DNA of 64,000 nucleotides from Candidatus Prevotella avicola (GTDB lineage: Bacteria; Bacteroidota; Bacteroidia; Bacteroidales; Bacteroidaceae): contig DXBE01000021.1 in the NCBI GenBank assembly GCA_019116685.1, forward strand, positions 15,457 to 79,456. The letters are read 5' to 3'. Position 1 is the stretch's first letter. Each line of letters starts with the position of its first letter. A program made the translations under genes and the position numbers. Positions 18,369 through 26,300 of the stretch are shown here, piece by piece. The notes under the pieces were generated by a model, which was not told where the DNA came from, did no database searches, and was given only the letters and a program-made list of their open reading frames with translations.

Positions 18369-20582
18369 ATGAAACATCTTGATAAGTTAATACCAATGGC
18401 CATGGGGTTAGCGATGCTGACCTCATGCGCCGACAACGACATGCCGTTCTTTGCGGTAACAGACCCTGGCACGAATGCGCAGTATGCTTACCTGAATGAG
18501 TATGACGTATTGAAGAACTATATACCCTCTACCGCCAATCCCAACTTCAAGTTGGGACTGGGCGTAGACGCGGGCTCTTTCGCCGATGGCAATGCGCAAT
18601 ATCAGATTGCCGTCACCAACTTCAACGAGGTGACCCCTGGCAACGAGATGAAGTATGCTTCCATTGTGCATGACGACGGCTTTATGGATTTTGGTACGGT
18701 GGAGAGCTTCGTCCAGGATGCCAAAGACGCAGGCCTGACCATCTATGGACATACCTTGGCTTGGCATTCACAGCAGAATGTCAAGTACCTGAATAGTTTG
18801 ATCGCTGACAGGGTGATTGATACTGGGGAGTCTGGTGAAGTGGTTGAGACGGAAGATGCTTATGTGGACTATTCTACGTTCACGAGTTTTCCTTATTTTG
18901 TGATGGGTTATACTCCAGAGTTTAAGGATGGATGTATGGTAAGTACATATCCTGGCGAATGGTATCAATACTTCATCGCTGACAAAATCCCGACTGAAAT
19001 AGGACAGAATTATACAGTTACTTTGAGTATTAAGACTTCTGCTCCTGCTTCTATGAATCTGCAGTTTGGAAACTGGGGTGCCCTTACCGATAAAACCATT
19101 AATACCACAGGTGGCGTTTGGGAGGAAATAACAGTTGACTATACTAATTGCCAAACTGCGGAGAGTTTTGTCGTACTGCAGCCTGGAACTTTTGATGGTG
19201 AGGTTCAATTGAGATGGACAAGAGTGACCCATTCTGAAGAGGAAGAGCAAGTTGTCAATGAGTATCTCTATCAGAATGATTTCTCAGGAACGGAAATGCC
19301 TGGTGGATGGGGTGATACAGGCCCGAGCTTTACGATTGAACAGGGAGCTGGTCCTGATGGCACTGCCGCTTACAAGATTACTAATCCCAAAGCGATGGCC
19401 TCCTATCAAGGTCAATTCGCAGTAGATTTCGATACGCCACTCACGAATGGTGAGAAGTATTTTGTTTCTTATTGGATTAAGGGTTCTGGCAGTGGAAATC
19501 TTGGTAATGGGCTGCAAGCGCCAAATGCTGGTTATGCTTCTGCAGGTGAGTTTGGTAATGCTGCCTTCAATACGGAATGGAAGCAGGTTACCCTGTCTTG
19601 CACATGTTCTAGAGATGATGCTACGCGCTTAATCTTCAGCTTCGGAGACTTTGTAGGTGACATCTATATTGATGATTTGCAGTTCTATATTCAGAAGCCT
19701 GCCAATATGGAGCCCTTGACTCCCGAGGAGAAGAAGGATACCTTGACTTGGGCTATGGATCAGTGGATTACCGGTATCATGAACGCTACGGGCGGTTATG
19801 TTACCGCTTGGGATGCCGTGAACGAGGCAATCTCTGGTGGGGATAGCGATGGTGATGGTTGGTTTGACTTGCAGTCTGCCGATACCAGCGATGACCCTGC
19901 TAACAACTTCTACTGGCAAGACTACCTCACCCCCGAGGACTACGTACCCATCGTGACCAAGCTGGCTACGCAGCGCTTCGAAGAGGCTGGTGGTGATCCC
20001 TCTCAGCTGAAGTTGTTCATCAACGACTACAACCTGGAGTCAGCATGGGATGATAACGCAAAATTGAAGAGTATGATTCACTGGATCAAGGATGTTTGGG
20101 AGCCTAGAGGTGCCAAGATTGATGGTATTGGTTCACAAATGCACGTTACCTACAATCTGGACGAGGCTGCCCAAAAGAACCAGGAGGATCACATCGTCAA
20201 GATGTTCGAGTTACTGGCCAGCTCCGGCAAGCTCGTGAAGATCTCCGAGCTTGACATGGGTATTACTGGTCCTAATGGTACTATCACTACTGACCAGGTG
20301 ACCTATGAGCAACAGCTGAAGATGGCAGACTTCTACAAGTTCATCATCGAGAAGTACTTCGAGATCATTCCTCAGGCTCAGCAGTATGGTATCACGCAGT
20401 GGTGCTGCACTGATAGTCCCGCCAACTCTGGTTGGAGGCCCGGTGAGCCTGTAGGTCTTTGGGATGCCAACTATAGCCGTACTCCTTCCTATGGCGGTTT
20501 CGCCAATGGTTTGGCAGGCAAGGTTATCGTAGAGCCCTCGCCTGTACCTGGTGACGGTTCCGACGCAGGTGCCGCAGAGTAA
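18369..20582 (+). CDS. GH10 endo-1,4-beta-xylanase with the catalytic domain interrupted by a CBM-like insertion (Xyn10C-type)
   Basis: 737 aa. Lipoprotein signal (AMLTSC). GH10 motifs are split: GHTLAWHSQQ (aa ~127-136), then a ~295-aa insert (aa ~150-445, two beta-sandwich-like modules), then WDAVNEA (acid/base Glu) and KISELDM (nucleophile Glu). Confidence 0.9.
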   Translation: MKHLDKLIPMAMGLAMLTSCADNDMPFFAVTDPGTNAQYAYLNEYDVLKNYIPSTANPNFKLGLGVDAGSFADGNAQYQIAVTNFNEVTPGNEMKYASIVHDDGFMDFGTVESFVQDAKDAGLTIYGHTLAWHSQQNVKYLNSLIADRVIDTGESGEVVETEDAYVDYSTFTSFPYFVMGYTPEFKDGCMVSTYPGEWYQYFIADKIPTEIGQNYTVTLSIKTSAPASMNLQFGNWGALTDKTINTTGGVWEEITVDYTNCQTAESFVVLQPGTFDGEVQLRWTRVTHSEEEEQVVNEYLYQNDFSGTEMPGGWGDTGPSFTIEQGAGPDGTAAYKITNPKAMASYQGQFAVDFDTPLTNGEKYFVSYWIKGSGSGNLGNGLQAPNAGYASAGEFGNAAFNTEWKQVTLSCTCSRDDATRLIFSFGDFVGDIYIDDLQFYIQKPANMEPLTPEEKKDTLTWAMDQWITGIMNATGGYVTAWDAVNEAISGGDSDGDGWFDLQSADTSDDPANNFYWQDYLTPEDYVPIVTKLATQRFEEAGGDPSQLKLFINDYNLESAWDDNAKLKSMIHWIKDVWEPRGAKIDGIGSQMHVTYNLDEAAQKNQEDHIVKMFELLASSGKLVKISELDMGITGPNGTITTDQVTYEQQLKMADFYKFIIEKYFEIIPQAQQYGITQWCCTDSPANSGWRPGEPVGLWDANYSRTPSYGGFANGLAGKVIVEPSPVPGDGSDAGAAE

Positions 20583-20607
20583 CTCCCGCTAACTAATTAT
20601 AACTATG

Positions 20608-20656
20608 GAAGCCACGAATGAGCCTTAAAAGCCCTTCGTGGCTTCTTCTGTATTTC
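20608..20656 (+). terminator. Putative rho-independent terminator ending the xus-type operon
   Basis: 11-bp stem GAAGCCACGAA (20608-20618)/TTCGTGGCTTC (20635-20645), followed by a T-rich tail (TTCTGTATTTC). Confidence 0.65.
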
Positions 20657-20876
20657 TCTTGTCCATCGGATTGCAAGTCACTTCCCAAGTAATCTATAGA
20701 GATGAGCTGAAGTGAATAACTGATATGACGAGAAGTGATCAGTAGTTCACTCGACAAGCCGTCAGTTAATCACTTGAAGTGCAGATTTCAGGATGCTTTC
20801 GTGAGTGTCCACAAGGTTCCCCCTGTTATGGAGCGGTTATTGCAGTGCCTTCGTCAGCCTCAATTACCTACTAATT

Positions 20877-21053
20877 TAACGTGAGTTCGACGAATTCCAC
20901 TTTATGTGCACAACCCTGTTATTGCCAAACTGTAGAGACGCATTCTTGCGTCTCAGCCAGCTGCCAAGTCTTCGCGACAGGCGATTTTATTCGGCAATCT
21001 TGCTTGCTGAGACGCAAGAATGCGTCTCTACAAGTTTTCGTCGAACTCACGTT
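20877..21053 (+). mobile_element. MITE-like non-autonomous element, full copy
   Basis: 17-bp terminal inverted repeats AACGTGAGTTCGACGAA (20877-20893)/TTCGTCGAACTCACGTT (21037-21053). Inner hairpin arms TGTAGAGACGCATTCTTGCGTCTCAG and CTGAGACGCAAGAATGCGTCTCTACA. Reverse complement of 208-384. Confidence 0.75.
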
Positions 21054-21348
21054 AAAACTACGTTGGTTCATCAGACAAATGGCGTGATAACAAAGTAGAG
21101 AATATAAAAATAGCCACCTTTTCTGAAGCTTCGTCCCTTTGTTCCTGTGGATTTGCAACCACTAATGATTGCCAATCCGATGGAACAAGTCATGTTTGGC
21201 AAGCAAGAAAACGGGCAAAATAATGAAGATACCTTCATTAGCCAATGAAAGCGTCTTCATCGTCCCGAGAAGATAGCCTCACATGGCGATGAAGGTATCT
21301 TCATTTTCATGGGTATCAGCGGTAATGTCGGCAGGCACCTAGTACCAT

Positions 21349-21441
21349 GCCCAGTACTACATAGGTGGTACCGCAGTGTCAGCTAAGTGAAACTCCAGTA
21401 CCAGTAAGGTGGTACTCCAGTACCACTTATGTAGTACTGGG
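21349..21441. repeat. Nested inverted repeats rich in GGTAC/AGTAC
   Basis: CCCAGTACTACATAGGTGGTAC (about 21350) pairs with GTACCACTTATGTAGTACTGGG (about 21420), one mismatch. An internal 8-2-8 palindrome GTGGTACTCCAGTACCAC lies at 21409-21426. Confidence 0.6.
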
Positions 21442-21674
21442 AAAGGTACTGGATTCCCTGGCGGGTCCAGCCATTTGTCCCGTGCATGCCAATAGGGTTT
21501 TGGCTCTTGTGAGCCTAATAGGCAATCGCATGGATTTTCAGTGTATTTGCCTTGCGGTTTAACGAGATGCAAATATCTCTACCCCATGCAGCTTGCGAAT
21601 GCGTTTGTGGCTTTGTTCCTGTGGATCTGCAAACCACAGGTATGCGGAGTGTTAATTCTCTCATTGTTGATGAT

Positions 21675-22382
21675 TCAGAATTCTGAGAATAAATGTTTTA
21701 CCAGTAAGCCCAAAATTGTTGCTATTCCAAAGCTTAACAGGGTCCCAGCCAATACATATTCCGTCTTGGCTGTATCTGTTTCTTTAAAGCGGAGTAAAGA
21801 TTTTGCCGCTACAATAAAACCCACGGCTTCATATTGACCTATCAGGACAAAGACCATTGTGAGTATCCTTTCCAAGTTGCCAATCAACGCCCCTGCATTC
21901 TTTATACTTTGGCAAGACTCCGCATCTCCAATTTTATACTTATCTAAAACTAACTTGATGAGAATGTTAGTAGGCTTTAAGCAACATAGGATTGCAAATG
22001 CGAATAATGGGATAGATAAAATATCAAGAAAATCTATGCTTTGGATTGGCAAACGGGATGTTGGCATATATTTGCATGAAATAAGACATAGGATTAATAT
22101 GTGTGCAAATTGGTCTGCCAGAAAAGACCATAGCCCCTTGCACATATATGTTTTTATTGTATCAATCAATAAATGTGTGCCCCCTATGATTAGGGCATAA
22201 ATCCAAAAATCAGTAAACGGGACAAAAGCCCAAGAAAGTATCCCTATGATAATTGAATGAATATACAGAAATGAACTTTTGATTTTCAATATTTTTTTCC
22301 GCTTGCAATATTTATCGCTTTGCAAGTAGAAATCTCCAACTATATGAGCCATCAATAAACTCAATAATACCCAGCAATTCAT
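21675..22382 (-). CDS. DUF3307-family polytopic membrane protein (partner of SatD)
   Basis: 235 aa, about 6 hydrophobic segments. Family-typical His/Asp motifs AHIVGDFYLQSDKY near the N-terminus and GGTHLLIDTIK. The start overlaps the upstream SatD stop by 4 nt. Very AT-rich. Confidence 0.8.
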   Translation of the reverse strand: MNCWVLLSLLMAHIVGDFYLQSDKYCKRKKILKIKSSFLYIHSIIIGILSWAFVPFTDFWIYALIIGGTHLLIDTIKTYMCKGLWSFLADQFAHILILCLISCKYMPTSRLPIQSIDFLDILSIPLFAFAILCCLKPTNILIKLVLDKYKIGDAESCQSIKNAGALIGNLERILTMVFVLIGQYEAVGFIVAAKSLLRFKETDTAKTEYVLAGTLLSFGIATILGLLVKHLFSEF

Positions 22383-23038
22383 ACGCTTTCAAAATTTAGT
22401 TGTTCAAAATAGTTCAATGCTTCCTCTATGCAGTACCATTTAGCTGAGCTCGAGTGTTGGTTTATTCCAGACTGTTTTACGCCCAATATGTCTGCTATTT
22501 CCTGCTCGCTTTTAGATAAAAGTTTATAATAAATGACCTCGCTTTGTCTTTTCGTCGTGTTATTGAGCAAGGCATCCGTCAACATACCAACAGTCTGTAA
22601 AGCAGGTTTAAATTGCTTATCAGCAGGCTCTATGAGGAATGTGCCGTTTTTGTTAGGGGCACCCATCCCGTTTAATGTTCGGCCTGCCAAATAAATAGCC
22701 TCTCCATCCATTATGTCGTGTTCCTTATCTACAATACGCATATCACCTATTCCCATAGCCATACGGATGCCATATGTTTGGAATAGTTTTTTCTTCTTTG
22801 ATTCTGCGACAGGAAACGACTTAATGCAACTCTTGATAATTAGAGCAGCCCTGAAGCCGTCCTTGGTTGATGGTAACAGGCACTCCATATAATCCCCTTT
22901 TATTAGTCTCCCCCAGAATCCGGGAAATCTCTTCTCAAGGATGAAAAATAAATCTTCTATTCTCTGTTTCAAAGCGATGGTTTCTTCTATGCACAAAGTT
23001 GTGGAAGAAACAATATCGGCAGATATGGCTGCATACAT
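22379..23038 (-). CDS. satD: SatD-family protein (cyclase-like N-domain plus C-terminal HTH)
   Basis: 219 aa. SatD pattern MYAAISADIVSST...KGDYMECLL...IRMAMGIGDM...DGEAIYLAGR. C-terminal HTH-like segment RQSEVIYYKLLSKSEQEIADILGVKQSGINQH. Very AT-rich. Confidence 0.8.
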   Translation of the reverse strand: MYAAISADIVSSTTLCIEETIALKQRIEDLFFILEKRFPGFWGRLIKGDYMECLLPSTKDGFRAALIIKSCIKSFPVAESKKKKLFQTYGIRMAMGIGDMRIVDKEHDIMDGEAIYLAGRTLNGMGAPNKNGTFLIEPADKQFKPALQTVGMLTDALLNNTTKRQSEVIYYKLLSKSEQEIADILGVKQSGINQHSSSAKWYCIEEALNYFEQLNFESV

Positions 23039-23277
23039 AGGTTGATTCTATTTGATTACTATGAACGCAAAAGTACAAATAATATTTCTACTGACCAAGG
23101 AATCTATAAGTTAAATGGCTTATAATAGCAGAACATAAGTAATTTAACTTATTATATAAATATATAAGGCTAAGTGCTTATTCCATGATGATAAGCATAA
23201 AAAGAAACCGGATGAAAGATGTGATACTAAAATGATGATTTTTGGGAATATTTCTTGTTTATCTTGGATTTTATCGC

Positions 23278-23285
23278 TATTTTTG
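23278..23285 (+). promoter_or_regulatory. Candidate -7 promoter box (TAnnTTTG) for the GH5-GH43 gene
   Basis: TATTTTTG lies about 66 nt upstream of the ATG at 23351. Confidence 0.35.
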
Positions 23286-23350
23286 TAGCATGATTTGTGA
23301 ACCCTAACTGACAATCTTTTCTTTAACCTAATCAATAACAACATTTTTTT

Positions 23351-26300
23351 ATGAAGAAACCACTACGCTATTTATTGCTATTGTTGCTTTGCGTCCTGAC
23401 GCAGGCACCCGCATTGGCTTGGCCAGGCATGCCCTTGCCGAGACTCCATGTGGATGGCCGCTATTTCAAGGACAACAACGGCAACATCGTGAACCTGCAT
23501 GGTTTCGCCCAGACCTACAGTCCCTGGTTTAACGAGCAGGGGACCAAGTGGTCAAACTATGACGTGCAGGCGTGCTTGGCCTATAACCAACAGAAGATTG
23601 ACCAGATCTTGGCCGCGGGCTGGAAGATGACCTTCGTGCGCCAGCACATGGATCCCTACTGGAGCAATGAGCCTGGCGTGCATACGGAAGGCGAGAACGA
23701 CATCTCCGCTTTCCGCATGGAGCGGTTCAAGAAATACCTGGACGAGGTGTTCGTGCCTATGGCTCTCTATGCCGTGGACAAGGGACTCTATGTGGTGATG
23801 CGTCCGCCTGGAGTTTGTCCCGAGTACATCTCCGTGGGCGGTGAGTATCACAAGTACCTGCTCTCCGTATGGGAGGTTGTGGCTAAGCACCCCAAGCTGC
23901 GCAACCATCCCAACATCATGTTTGAGTTGGCCAACGAGCCGGTCAGCATCAAGGCCGCTGACGGTTCGGATGGCGGTTTCAAGGAGATGCACGACTTCTT
24001 CCAGGAGATAGTGGACATGATGCGCCAATATTGCGATAACATTATTCTGATACCAGGTCTGGGGTGGCAAGCCAACTACAAAGGCTACGCTGACTATCCC
24101 ATCACGGGACAGGACATCGGCTATGCCGTGCACTGCTATCCCGGATGGTTCAACAGCGGTACTACCGACGCACCTGACGTGAATTACGAGAAGTTCCAAC
24201 GCGGATGGGACGAGCAGATAGGTCCTGTCTCCAACTTCGCCCCCATCGTGGTGACCGAGATGGACTGGGCACCCGAGAAGTATTTCACGAAAAACCCTGA
24301 TGGTTCTTCCTCTGGTCCTTCCTGGGGACATGGAATGACCGGCACAGCGGAAGGCACGGGCTTCGGCGCCAACTTCAAGCTGATAGCCGACAAGTCGGGC
24401 AACGTGAGCTACCTTATCTTCACGGGCTGCGAGTTGTTGGCGCAGTTTGACCCCAATAACCCCGCCACCAGCGCAGCCAACACTACCTTCCTGAATGACC
24501 CGGAGGCCTGTCCCTGGCCTGTCTATCACTGGTATCTGGACTATGCCAACAAGGAGTATCCCCGCCAGGATTTCTCCCGTCTGTATACCGCGGACAATGG
24601 AGACGGCACTTTCCATAACCCCATCCTGAACGCCGACTTCCCCGACCCCGATGCCATCAAGGTGGGAGATACCTACTACATGGTGACCACTACTTTCCAC
24701 AACTTCCCCGGCTGCACGCTGCTGAAGTCAAAGGATTTGGTGAACTGGCAGTATTGCGCCAACCCATTGGAAAAGATGTCCTCAAACCCCGAATATAACC
24801 TGGAGAATGACCAAAACATCTACGCCAAGGGAGACTGGGCCAACAGCCTGTTCTACAAGGACGGGAAATTCTATATCATGTTCAACGCTTTCGGCAACGC
24901 CGATGACGGCGGTGGCTACCTGCTCTCCGCCACTGACCCCGAGGGACAATGGGAGATGACCCGTCTGAGTGAGGGATACTATGACCCGGGCGTGCTCGTG
25001 GACGAGGACGGTACGGTTTACGTGGCATGCGGCAACGGCACGCTGAGCGTGGTGCAGCTGGACGAGAACTTCAATAAGGTGAAGTCTGCAACCGTGGACG
25101 GTGGTTTTGATGGCCTGGAGGGCAGCCACTTCTACAAGATAGGCGACTATTACTATATCTATGCCGTGAGCTGCGCATGGCCAGGCACGCAATGGTGCTT
25201 CCGCTCCAAGAACGTTTTTGGCCCCTACGAGAAGAAAGAAGTGTTCAATGACGGCAAGGCTACCCACCAAGGCGCTTTGATACAGACGCAGAGCGGGGAG
25301 TGGTGGACCATCTTGATGAGGGACGCTGGCTCCGTAGGCCGTGTGCCCAACTTGCTGCCCGTGTCATGGGAAGAAGATTGGCCAGTTATCGCTGAAAACA
25401 ACACGAACGCCGTTAATCTTACCCTCAACAAGCCCAACGTAGGTGGCGCATATCCCATCACCTATCTGCCCACCAACGACAACTTCCGTGACTACAAGAT
25501 TGGCATGCAGTGGCAGTGGAACCACAATCCCGACAACAACAGATGGTCACTCTTCGACAATCCCGGCTATCTGCGCCTTCACACCTCGGGAACGGCCTCT
25601 TCGCCCAAGCAGGCACGCAACTCCCTGTCCCAGCGCATCTTTGACTACAAGGACGGCGCTCCTTCCATGGGAACCGTTTGCCTGGACATCTCTGGCATGA
25701 AGGACGGTGACGTGGCCGGCATCTCCGTCTTCCAGGATCCCTATGGCTATATCGCCATCACCAAGCAGGGCAACGCCTGGAAGCTGACGCAGGCCATCGT
25801 GGGCGACGAGAACGAGAACTATACCACCTCTATCGACGTGACCCCCGTGGACAACAAGATCTACCTGCGCGCCATCGCAGATTTCAGCACCAACAAGGCG
25901 ACCTTCAACTACAGCACGGACAACGCCAATTACCTGCCTATAGGCAAAGCGATGACGATGGCGTTCGACCTCTCTGTCTTCGCGGGCAACCGTTACATGC
26001 TCTTCAACTACGCTACCCAGCAAGAGGGCGGCTACGTGGACGTGGACTGGTTCTCTACCGAGCAGAACTTCAGCGAGGATACCTACTTCGATCCTAACTA
26101 TACCTCTTACTCCAAGGACTACCTCACCATGACCAACCTGGAGATCAGCCAGGATACCTACTCCTTGCTGCCAGGCACGGGCAAGTCGTTTACGCTCACG
26201 GCCACCTATAAGGACGGTCACCAGCAAGACGTGACGGCAGAGGCGAAGTATGAGATAGCCAATCCCGCCGTGCTGTCCATCTCCAACGGCAGATTGGTGC

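Noticed and set aside
20877-20893. tRNA-like T-arm resemblance of the MITE terminal repeat (GAGTTCGACGAA vs GGTTCGAATCC)
   Set aside because: There is no cloverleaf, acceptor stem or anticodon arm around any copy. The resemblance is limited to about 7 nt.
23144-23344. 66-aa minus-strand ORF in the AT-rich SatD/GH5-GH43 intergenic region
   Set aside because: It is a low-complexity Leu/Ile/Ser/Lys product of AT-rich DNA. It overlaps the candidate promoter of the GH5-GH43 gene. Nothing supports it as a coding sequence.
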